A stretch of DNA of 59,087 nucleotides, from assembly GCA_026994915.1 (NCBI GenBank), contig JALWPY010000107.1, positions 1 through 59,087 of the forward strand. Direction: 5' to 3'. Below, piece after piece: positions 10,314 through 18,656 of the stretch. The stretch comes from Campylobacterales bacterium. Its GTDB lineage: Bacteria; Campylobacterota; Campylobacteria; Campylobacterales; QNZT01. The notes under the pieces are model-generated. The model saw nothing but the letters and a program-made list of their open reading frames with translations. It had not been told where the DNA came from and did not search any database. The translations under genes were made by a program, and so were the position numbers. Every line of letters starts with the position of its first letter. Within the stretch, counting starts at the first letter, position 1.

Positions 10314-11771
10314 TTATGTATCCGCACCGATCAGACTGCCTCTGTCTGTTTTGCCTCTCACACGATCGAAAATCTTTGCACCATTTTGGGCTTTGATCGC
10401 AGGTATATCGAGTTTCTGATCACAAATGACGCGCTTACCCCGATGTGTCACAGGAATCTTGTCCACTACCTCAACATGAAAGAAAATCCCCTCTTTCACC
10501 ATCGCTTTGAGACCCCTGACAATCGACTCTGGATCTATATTCTGCGCACCTTTTTGAATCAAAACTTTCACTTTTCCGGGTTCACTTTGCTGATACTGCA
10601 GATTAAGTACCAGATCGGAAGGCAGATGATGGCCGACATAGAGTGTCGTCAATGGGATGAGCCGATAATCATACGTCACCAGGTAATCCTGCGTCCGGCC
10701 ACGGATATGTTCAGCCGTCGCAACGATATCTGTTCCTTCATAGTATCGGATTTCACCGGAGAGTTCATCGCCTGTGCGATAGTTGATATAGGGCATGACG
10801 AGATTGTCAAGAGAGGTACCCAATATCTCTCCGTCAACCACTCTCGCGACACCATACGGGCCGACAAAGTGATATGGACCATTATCAACTCTCCAGGCAC
10901 CCACGACACGCTCTGTATGGCCATAATCCACCAGAATCGGTACATCACCGTAAAACGCTTTCAATGCATGGATGTGGCTTTCATGTACACTTTCTGAGGC
11001 AAGGATGATTCCTTCGATCTCAAGCGGCTCGAATCCGGCAGATTTCGTAGCGAGCATGAAATCCATCACAGCACTGGGATAGCCAAAAATGAATCGCGGG
11101 CGAAATTTTCTGGCGGCCTGATAGATCAGAGGAAATTTATCACTCATGATATAACCGGAGGTGACATTGAGAAAGTTATCTACCGGCTCATAATCCCAGT
11201 AACGGTCACGTTTGAGATCGACAGCCTCTCTTCCCTTCAGTAACAGCGTACGTTCCCGATATTTGTAACCCACTTTGGCCAGGGTGTAGAGAGAGTAGGC
11301 TTTGTGTTTGGCACGGCTCGTGAAAAGCGGATGGTAAAATTTCGTCGGTGAAGAGGTGGATCCTCCGCTGTAGTAGGCAACTGCCTTCTCGAATACTTCG
11401 CTGTACATCTCATCGATATCTTTTTTGATATCTTCTTTCGTCATCGTCGGAAATTTTTTCAAATCATCCAGTGATTTGAAGTCAGCCACGGAGACACCAT
11501 ATTCTGCAAATCGTTTTTGATGAAACGGTATATGTTCCTGAGCAAATGAGATTGTCTCCAGTATCTTATGATAGAGATACTCCTCTTTGAAAGCGGCATC
11601 TTCGGCTTCAAATCGTTCAAATGCCTGCATATACTCTCTGTACAGAGATCCAAATCGTTTCTCGAGCGGTATCGCACCATAAATGGACCCTATGACTGTT
11701 TTAACCGACTGAGGCAACTTGTAGTAGGCTCCTTTATAGAGGTGTGCCACACTGTCAAAAGAGAATTTCAT
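10314..11771 (-). CDS. CapK/PaaK-like adenylate-forming enzyme, paralog 2
   Basis: 485 aa, co-linear with paralog 1 (37 of the first 60 residues identical by hand alignment). It has YSGGSTSSPTK, a C-terminal HRGKR, and about 22 extra C-terminal residues. Confidence 0.65.
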   Translation of the reverse strand: MKFSFDSVAHLYKGAYYKLPQSVKTVIGSIYGAIPLEKRFGSLYREYMQAFERFEAEDAAFKEEYLYHKILETISFAQEHIPFHQKRFAEYGVSVADFKSLDDLKKFPTMTKEDIKKDIDEMYSEVFEKAVAYYSGGSTSSPTKFYHPLFTSRAKHKAYSLYTLAKVGYKYRERTLLLKGREAVDLKRDRYWDYEPVDNFLNVTSGYIMSDKFPLIYQAARKFRPRFIFGYPSAVMDFMLATKSAGFEPLEIEGIILASESVHESHIHALKAFYGDVPILVDYGHTERVVGAWRVDNGPYHFVGPYGVARVVDGEILGTSLDNLVMPYINYRTGDELSGEIRYYEGTDIVATAEHIRGRTQDYLVTYDYRLIPLTTLYVGHHLPSDLVLNLQYQQSEPGKVKVLIQKGAQNIDPESIVRGLKAMVKEGIFFHVEVVDKIPVTHRGKRVICDQKLDIPAIKAQNGAKIFDRVRGKTDRGSLIGADT

Positions 11772-11824
11772 GTCGTATTTATCATCCTGTCATAATTTTC
11801 GCCATCTGCCAGTCTTACAATCCC

Positions 11825-12826
11825 CTACTGTTTTGCAAAAGAGCTAAAAGTTTTGACATGGTGCTGACGTTGCTCTGCATAGAGCAAAAAACGATCCAAT
11901 TCTCTGAGTGCGTAGGGGGTAACCGCCTTCGGATGGCCGATGACAACAAAATTGCCCTCTGGATCTTTTTTTGCATTGGCATCGAGCGCTTTTTGCAGAA
12001 GTGAAGCTCGCAGGCCATCCATCGAAACGAGTGACTTTGTCGGACGCGTCAGCATGCGCATCATGGAAGCACCCGATGTCCCACCTGCCCCGATACCATC
12101 AGCGTAGACTTTGTGCTCTCCGCTGCCAAACTTTTTGGTCCATGCAAAGCGCCAGAAAAAGAGCGGGCTGACAGCATAGGTACTGATCGGAACTTCGGTG
12201 AAATATCCATCTGGATCCTCTTTGACAGGATCGGCCTCGAAACGATAGAGACTCTTCCCGGGTATACCGCGAAAGTCATAGTAGTGTGTCTGAGAACTGT
12301 TGAGGCCATCTTCGTAAACAGTACTGTCGAGCCAAATACCATGTTTTTTGAGTGCAGGGCCCAGCTTGTCAAAAGGTTGCAGACACCAGCCTCCCGCCCG
12401 GTAGGCGAAAACTTTATCTCCGACGATATCGGTCAACGCTTTCTTGTACCGTGCAACGATGTCATCGATCTGCTCCTGCGTAAAACTATGGATGCGAAAA
12501 CGCGATGTATCCATCTTCCAGCCCCTGGCATCATAGGTACAATCCTCCCAGTGGGGATGGATATGCAGCTGTATGTCATGTCCCGCCTTGTCCAGTGCCT
12601 CGATCTGTGCACGTACTGCATCGTAGTCGGCCTGCGCACCGGGATAGTCAGGGGCAAAATGTTGCAGCCTTGCCAGATAGCCGCTGTCGACAAAAAAGAC
12701 GAACTTCGCACCATGTCTGTCGGCTACCTCCAGCAGTTTACGCGTCGGAAGGAGTATCGTCTTTTCCACACTGCCGGGATTTGCTCCGGAGAAGAGTTCA
12801 TAATCGAGTGTCAAAAAAATCTGCAT
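11825..12826 (-). CDS. Polysaccharide deacetylase-family protein (CE4-like)
   Basis: 333 aa, cytoplasmic-looking with no signal peptide. It has an N-terminal FLTLDYE (position of the CE4 TFDD motif) and HIHPHWED histidines. The family assignment is by pattern only. Confidence 0.55.
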   Translation of the reverse strand: MQIFLTLDYELFSGANPGSVEKTILLPTRKLLEVADRHGAKFVFFVDSGYLARLQHFAPDYPGAQADYDAVRAQIEALDKAGHDIQLHIHPHWEDCTYDARGWKMDTSRFRIHSFTQEQIDDIVARYKKALTDIVGDKVFAYRAGGWCLQPFDKLGPALKKHGIWLDSTVYEDGLNSSQTHYYDFRGIPGKSLYRFEADPVKEDPDGYFTEVPISTYAVSPLFFWRFAWTKKFGSGEHKVYADGIGAGGTSGASMMRMLTRPTKSLVSMDGLRASLLQKALDANAKKDPEGNFVVIGHPKAVTPYALRELDRFLLYAEQRQHHVKTFSSFAKQ

Positions 12827-12990
12827 ACAATCTTTCTCTTAATATTATTTGATCTTTATATTATAGTTCAATAAGATAAAGACAATATTAACAAAGCTAA
12901 ACAACTGAAGCAATTGGACGATATGGGAATGTAGTATATTGAAATATAGCTCGCATAAATATAGAGTATCAACATTTATAAGGGACCATC

Positions 12991-13506
12991 ATGTCATTCA
13001 AAAACTTTTCGGCACTGCTTTTCATAGTGTGGCTACTGGCCGGTTGCAGCAGCATGCAGGTGCACAGGAGTAGTCTGCCACAGCAGACAGAACTGAAAAA
13101 AGCGAAGATCGCCGTCGTGCCTTTTCTCAACTATACCCAGACACCGATGGCAGGAGAGAGTGCAGCTTCGATCGCAAACACGATCATGCAAGCACATGGT
13201 TATCACACTGTCACCCTGAATAAGCAATCCGATTCGGATGCTCTACAAGATGAAAATCGCGTCGCCCTGCAAAAACGTACAGCAGCGTTGAGAGCGTCGA
13301 AGTATCGCTATCTGCTGACCGGTGATGTGACCGAGTGGCGCTACAAAGCCGGTGTCGATGCAGAACCGGTCGTGGGCCTCGTCGTCACCCTGATAGATAC
13401 ACGAAGCGGCAAAGTGGTCTATAGTGCGACGGGCAGTCATAGCGCACTCTCTGCCGACTCCCTCTCCGCAACGGCACAGAAGATACTGGACAAGTTGCTT
13501 CCCTAG
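12991..13506 (+). CDS. pelC: Pel outer-membrane lipoprotein PelC
   Basis: 171 aa with the lipobox LLAGC|SS and a CsgG/LpoB-like core (KIAVVPFLNYT...LLTGDVTEW...VVGLVVTLID). Size and position beside pelD-G match PelC. SD AAGGGA lies upstream. Confidence 0.7.
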   Translation: MSFKNFSALLFIVWLLAGCSSMQVHRSSLPQQTELKKAKIAVVPFLNYTQTPMAGESAASIANTIMQAHGYHTVTLNKQSDSDALQDENRVALQKRTAALRASKYRYLLTGDVTEWRYKAGVDAEPVVGLVVTLIDTRSGKVVYSATGSHSALSADSLSATAQKILDKLLP

Positions 13507-14772
13507 ATGCTGACAGCTTTACGGGAAAAGGCGGGGAAGATCAGACTCTTCACCTCGCTTTGGGAGACGATCCTCTACTCCATACTTTTTGTCACACTCC
13601 TCTACTTTCTCAGTGATGAGATCGCGATCCGGCTCGACAGCTATCATGATATCGCACTGCTTTTTCTGGCGCTGATCACACTCTACAACGGTACGCTCTA
13701 TGGCGTGATCTCACTCGCCATTGTGACATTCTCTATCTATTTTTTTACGCTGGAATTTGACCTCAACACCTTTCTCGAGTATCTGGTCTTCGTCCTGCTC
13801 TTTGGTGAATTTCACTACCATTTCAAAAAACGAGGGGTGCAGGACCACGAAGAGAAAAATTATCTCAAAGCAAAATTCAGAGAGCTGAGCAACGCCTTCT
13901 ACGCACTCAAGGTCTCACATGACCAGCTAGAAAAGGGCTACCTGCTCAAGCCTGTCACACTGCGATCACTGATCCTCGAACTCTCCAAAAATCTTGAGAG
14001 TGCCACGGTCTATGAAAAACTTTTCGACACCTTCACCGAAGCCTTCAGTCTCAAAAGTGCACTCTATTGTGAACTTGAAAAGGAGCGTACACTGCGCAGA
14101 GCGATTCCGCTCGGAGAGTCGAGATTCGTTTTCGACCCGGAACACCCGATGTTCGCTCAGGCAATGGCGGAGAAGCGACCGCTTTTTCTCTCCGAAGAGG
14201 AGATCGAAATGCTTCAGGATGAACCGATACTGGCAGTGCTTCCGGTACTCGATATCCAAAACCGTCTGCAGGCCCTCTTTGTCATCGAAGAGATGGATTT
14301 TCTGGAATTCCACATGGACAATATCCTCAAGATCGAGATTTTGCTGGAGTATCTGGTGCAGGAGCGTTACTACAACCGCCATAAAGTCCAGGCATCCCAC
14401 CATCTCCCTCTTCATGACATAGATGCCAGATTTCAACTCGAGATCGACCGCCTCTATACGATGTATCAGCGCTTCGGCATCCACTCTGTTATGGTGACAG
14501 TCTATACCGAAGACCCGGCAATCGCACTGACACTGGAAAACTTCAAAGCCAAAAAGATGAGACTGCTGGATCAGGTCGATGTACACAAATCGGGAACGCG
14601 CTACTTTTTTATCTTTCTGCTGCCTCTGGAGCGTGTATCGGGTGCCATCAGCTTCAAACAGCGTATTGAAAATGAACTCCGGATCTTCGGTGAGGAGCGA
14701 CACAAAATCATCATTACCGAAATCGGGAAGATAGAGACTCTCGGGGAGTGGATCAGAAATTATGAAGCATAA
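13507..14772 (+). CDS. pelD: Pel c-di-GMP receptor PelD (TM + GAF-like + degenerate GGDEF)
   Basis: 421 aa with 4 N-terminal hydrophobic helices and a cytoplasmic region containing RLLD (RxxD I-site-like) about 70 aa from the C-terminus. No GGDEF/GGEEF motif is present. It lies between pelC and pelE. Confidence 0.7.
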   Translation: MLTALREKAGKIRLFTSLWETILYSILFVTLLYFLSDEIAIRLDSYHDIALLFLALITLYNGTLYGVISLAIVTFSIYFFTLEFDLNTFLEYLVFVLLFGEFHYHFKKRGVQDHEEKNYLKAKFRELSNAFYALKVSHDQLEKGYLLKPVTLRSLILELSKNLESATVYEKLFDTFTEAFSLKSALYCELEKERTLRRAIPLGESRFVFDPEHPMFAQAMAEKRPLFLSEEEIEMLQDEPILAVLPVLDIQNRLQALFVIEEMDFLEFHMDNILKIEILLEYLVQERYYNRHKVQASHHLPLHDIDARFQLEIDRLYTMYQRFGIHSVMVTVYTEDPAIALTLENFKAKKMRLLDQVDVHKSGTRYFFIFLLPLERVSGAISFKQRIENELRIFGEERHKIIITEIGKIETLGEWIRNYEA

Positions 14773-15778
14773 ACTCCTTTTCTCCATACTGCTGATCGCA
14801 GCCACCATACTGGAAATCTCGGCTCTGACTCTGATGCTTTCCTCTCTGCAGGGAGTAGCTGTTTTGGCTGTTGTCATCATGCTTCATGCACTCTCTTCAT
14901 GGCTCTTCGCACTCTCACAGATACGTTTTCTGCCACAGATTTACCAACCCCGGAAACGAATGATTACGATACTGCTTTTCTGGTTCGATTTCATCGTACC
15001 TCTTCTGGGAGTCATCACCGGCTGGATACTCCTTCTCTGGGGCTTTCAGATGAGCCAGCATATTGAGATCGAAAAGGATGTCGAAGATATCGATCTCGAA
15101 AATATCGGAGAAGATTTCCCTGTCATCAGCCGCGCATTCGGCGAAGGTTCACTCCCTTCGCTCATCACCAGCAGTCAGGCCCCCGCCGCCAGAAAGATTC
15201 GTGCACTGACGCTGCTGACGCAGATGAAATCCAAAGCGTCGGTCTCGCTGATCAAACAGACGCTTCAGGACAGCAACGACGAAGTGCGTCTGGTCGGCTT
15301 CTCGATGATCGACAAGATGGAGAAGCGGATCAACGAGAAGATCCACCATCTAAGCAACGTCGCCAGAGTCCACCCCGATCCGCTCAAACGCGCCGAAGCG
15401 CACAAAGAGCTCGCCTTCACCTACTGGGAGCAGCTCTATCAGGGGCTCGTCGACGCACAGCTGGAGCAGTTTCTGATCGACAATATCCTCAAACATATCG
15501 CCGAAGCCAAAGCGCTGATCGTTTCCGATCCCAAGCTCTACAAACTGGAGGGACGCATACATCTCTTACAGCAGCACTATCCGGATGCTAAAGAGGCCTT
15601 TTTACGGGCGATGGAGCATGGCATTCCCGAAGCGGAAATCGCCAGCTTTATGGCGCAGATCGCGTTCGAAGAGCGCAACTACAGCCGCATCGCCTACTGG
15701 ATGGCGAAGGTCCCCGAACAGAGTATCAACTATCAACTGCATGCGCTGCGTGCGGTGTGGGTACGGGAGTGCTCATGA
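14762..15778 (+). CDS. pelE: Pel inner-membrane TPR protein PelE
   Basis: 338 aa with N-terminal hydrophobic helices followed by a TPR-like helical repeat region. Size and position match PelE. Confidence 0.7.
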   Translation: MKHKLLFSILLIAATILEISALTLMLSSLQGVAVLAVVIMLHALSSWLFALSQIRFLPQIYQPRKRMITILLFWFDFIVPLLGVITGWILLLWGFQMSQHIEIEKDVEDIDLENIGEDFPVISRAFGEGSLPSLITSSQAPAARKIRALTLLTQMKSKASVSLIKQTLQDSNDEVRLVGFSMIDKMEKRINEKIHHLSNVARVHPDPLKRAEAHKELAFTYWEQLYQGLVDAQLEQFLIDNILKHIAEAKALIVSDPKLYKLEGRIHLLQQHYPDAKEAFLRAMEHGIPEAEIASFMAQIAFEERNYSRIAYWMAKVPEQSINYQLHALRAVWVRECS

Positions 15779-17292
15779 AGATCCTGCTGGATAAAAAACT
15801 TCCGGTCGATATCATGATCGTCAGCGAAGGGACCTACCCCTATGTACGCGGCGGGGTCAGCTCCTGGATAGATCAACTCATGCGGGGTCTGCCCCACTAC
15901 CGCTTCGGAATCATCTTCATCGGCAGCAGACCCGAAGACTACGAGGGGATCAAATATCAGTTTCCGAACAATCTGGTCTATCTGCTGGAGAGTTATATGT
16001 TCGATTTCGGCCCCAGAGAGCATGCGGCACCGCGCCGCGGCGATCCAGATGCCCTCGGCAAAGTGGAAAAGATCCATAGCTGGTTCCGCCATCCGGAAGG
16101 TCGCTTCCCCGATGCCCTCACATCGGTCGACTTCTTTCTCGAAGAGGTCGATGAGTCCTTCTTTCTCTACAGCGAGCGTGCATGGGATTTTATCACGACG
16201 GTCTATGAAGAGAAGTGCGCTTCGATGCCCTTCATCGAGTACTTCTGGACCGTACGCAGTATCCACGCGCCTATCTGGAAGATCGCCAAAATCGCCGATG
16301 CTATCGCCGGAAAGGCGCGTCTCATCCACACCCCCTCCACCGGCTACGCCGGCTTTCTGGGGACACTCATCTCACAAAACGACCAACTCCCTCTGATCCT
16401 GACCGAGCATGGTATCTATACCAAAGAGCGGCGCATCGACCTCCTTTCGAGCACCCTCTTTCAAAACAGCAAGGTCGACCTGCTCAAACAGAGTGACGAA
16501 GATGACTACATCAAACAGATGTGGATCCGCTTCTTCGAGGGGATCGGCCGCATGTGTTACCACCGGGCCGATCCGATCCTCTCCCTCTTCAACGGCGCGA
16601 AGAGGGCGCAGATCGCCTACGGCGCTCCCGAAGAGCGTTGCCGCGTTATCCCCAACGGTGTCGATACCGGGCGACTCGGCAAAGCCTATGCCGCCAGAAG
16701 TGAAGCGATACCGCATGTCGTGACGCTGATCGGACGTGTCGTGGCGATCAAAGATATCAAGACCTTTATCCGCGCCATCCGTATCGCCGCCTACGAGATT
16801 CCCGACATCGAGGGGTGGATCGTCGGCCCGATGGACGAAGACCCCGACTATGCGATGGAGTGCATGCAGATCGTGCAAAATCTCGATCTGGAGAAGCATG
16901 TCAAGTTTCTGGGGTTTCAGAATATCACCGATATCCTCCCCAAAAGCGGCCTGCTGACACTCACCTCCATCAGTGAGGGGATGCCGCTGGTGATTCTGGA
17001 GGGGTTCGCCGCCGGACTCCCCTGTGTCGCGACCGACGTGGGTTCGTGCCGGGAGCTGATCGAAGGGGCGCTGAACGAAGAGGATATCGCGATCGGCAAG
17101 GCGGGAGAGGTAGTACCCATCGCCGACAGCAGTGCACTGGCCGCCGCCTATACCGCACTGCTGGGCGACGGGGAGCGCTGGAGAGCGGCACAGAAGCATG
17201 CGCTTGCACGGGTCAATCGCTTCTACCGTCAGGAACAGTTTTTGCAGAGTTACGACACGATTTACAGGGAGGCGCTTGGATGGCAGGGATAG
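15775..17292 (+). CDS. pelF: Pel glycosyltransferase PelF (GT4)
   Basis: It has an N-terminal EGTYPYVRGGVSSW and a C-terminal SISEGMPLVILEGFAAGLPCVATDVGSCRELI (EX7E). I place the start at the ATG at 15775, which gives an ATGA overlap with the pelE stop and has GGGAG upstream. The track GTG at 15757 is the alternative. Confidence 0.85.
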   Translation: MKILLDKKLPVDIMIVSEGTYPYVRGGVSSWIDQLMRGLPHYRFGIIFIGSRPEDYEGIKYQFPNNLVYLLESYMFDFGPREHAAPRRGDPDALGKVEKIHSWFRHPEGRFPDALTSVDFFLEEVDESFFLYSERAWDFITTVYEEKCASMPFIEYFWTVRSIHAPIWKIAKIADAIAGKARLIHTPSTGYAGFLGTLISQNDQLPLILTEHGIYTKERRIDLLSSTLFQNSKVDLLKQSDEDDYIKQMWIRFFEGIGRMCYHRADPILSLFNGAKRAQIAYGAPEERCRVIPNGVDTGRLGKAYAARSEAIPHVVTLIGRVVAIKDIKTFIRAIRIAAYEIPDIEGWIVGPMDEDPDYAMECMQIVQNLDLEKHVKFLGFQNITDILPKSGLLTLTSISEGMPLVILEGFAAGLPCVATDVGSCRELIEGALNEEDIAIGKAGEVVPIADSSALAAAYTALLGDGERWRAAQKHALARVNRFYRQEQFLQSYDTIYREALGWQG

Positions 17293-18656
17293 GATTCGAG
17301 CTCAAGAAAATTCTCAAAAAAGGGACACTGGGGGCGATGCTGCACACATACAGCCTCTCCGCGGCACTCTCCAGCGGCCCCTGGGTCATCTCGATGATCG
17401 TCATCATGCTGGTGGGTTTCGCCTCCTTTTCGGTCACCAAAAACACGATGCAGGGGACCGAATTTCAGTCGGTCGTCACCTATGTGCTCATGCTCGCTTC
17501 CAGCCTCATCTTCAGCAGCTTTTTCCAGCTCCCCTTCACGCGCTTCGTCGCCGACCGCATCTTCGAGAAGAAGGAGCATCTGGTGCTGCCCAACTTCTTC
17601 GGACTGCTGATCGTGCTCTTCGGGGCGGGATTTGTCGTGATCGTGCCGCTGACACTCTGGCTCTTCGACCATCAGAGCAACTTTTTTCTGATGCTCTTCA
17701 TCACCACCTTTCTGGTTCTCAACGGCGTCTGGATCAGCAACATTCTGGCGACATCGCTGCGCTTTTTCCGCATCACGATCCTCGCCTATCTGGTCAGCTA
17801 CGGATTGATCTTTCTCCTCTCGCTGCTGCTGAAAGGGTACGGCAAAGAGGGGTTGCTGATCGCCTTTCTTGTCGGCAATCTGCTGCTGCTTATCACCCTC
17901 GTGATGGCGATCATCCGCCACTACCCCTCCCACCATCTGGTGCGCTTCGACTTTTTCGACAGAAAGCGTTTCTACTATATGCTCGGTATCACCGGATTTT
18001 TCTACAATCTCGCCATCTGGATCGACAAGATCATCTTCTGGTACTCCCCCGTCACGGGCAACGTGGTGCTGGACAACCTGCATGCATCGATCGTCTACGA
18101 CATGCCGATCTTTCTCGCCTATCTGGCGATCATTCCGGGTATGGCGATCTTCTTCTACCGGCTCGAAGCGGACTTTTCGGAGAACTACGACCGCTACTAC
18201 GACGCGGTACGGGGCGAGGGGACACTGGCGAAGATCCGCAAGGAGCGCTACGGCATGATCGACACGATCCGGATGGCGCTGCGCGAGATCCTGATCATCC
18301 AGGGCATCTTCAACCTCATCATCCTGATGGTCTCCAAACCCCTCTTCGCGATGCTCCATATCCCCCAGCTCTATCTGGGGCTCTTCTATATCGATCTTCT
18401 GGGTACACAGCTGCAGCTGGGCTTCATGTCGGTGCTGGCGATCCTCTTCTATCTCGACCGACAGCGCGAGGCGATGGTGCTTTCGATCCTCTTTTTCGCA
18501 TTCAACGCCCTCTTCTCCTGGCTCTCGATACAGCTTGGACCCTACTTCTTCGGCTACGGATTCGCGGTGGCGCTGCTCTGCGTCTTCGTCATCGCGATCC
18601 TCTGGTTACGTTATGTCATGCAAAGGCTCGAATATGAAACCTACATGCTACAGTAG
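17280..18656 (+). CDS. pelG: Pel export/polymerisation membrane protein PelG (MOP/PST-like)
   Basis: 458 aa from the ATG at 17280 (GGGAGG sits 7 nt upstream) and about 12 hydrophobic helices. The N-terminus MAGIGFELKKILKK matches what I recall as the conserved PelG start. The upstream 78 codons of the track ORF overlap pelF and look non-coding. Confidence 0.8.
   Translation: MAGIGFELKKILKKGTLGAMLHTYSLSAALSSGPWVISMIVIMLVGFASFSVTKNTMQGTEFQSVVTYVLMLASSLIFSSFFQLPFTRFVADRIFEKKEHLVLPNFFGLLIVLFGAGFVVIVPLTLWLFDHQSNFFLMLFITTFLVLNGVWISNILATSLRFFRITILAYLVSYGLIFLLSLLLKGYGKEGLLIAFLVGNLLLLITLVMAIIRHYPSHHLVRFDFFDRKRFYYMLGITGFFYNLAIWIDKIIFWYSPVTGNVVLDNLHASIVYDMPIFLAYLAIIPGMAIFFYRLEADFSENYDRYYDAVRGEGTLAKIRKERYGMIDTIRMALREILIIQGIFNLIILMVSKPLFAMLHIPQLYLGLFYIDLLGTQLQLGFMSVLAILFYLDRQREAMVLSILFFAFNALFSWLSIQLGPYFFGYGFAVALLCVFVIAILWLRYVMQRLEYETYMLQ

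Noticed and set aside
17132-18637. A 501-aa ORF in an alternative plus-strand frame across pelG, plus the 78-codon upstream extension of the pelG track ORF (17046-17279).
   Set aside because: The translation is a low-complexity Arg/Pro/Gly/Ala/His-rich string with no domain-like pattern, typical of off-frame reading of GC-rich coding DNA. The pelG frame gives a coherent 12-helix membrane protein with a good SD at 17280.
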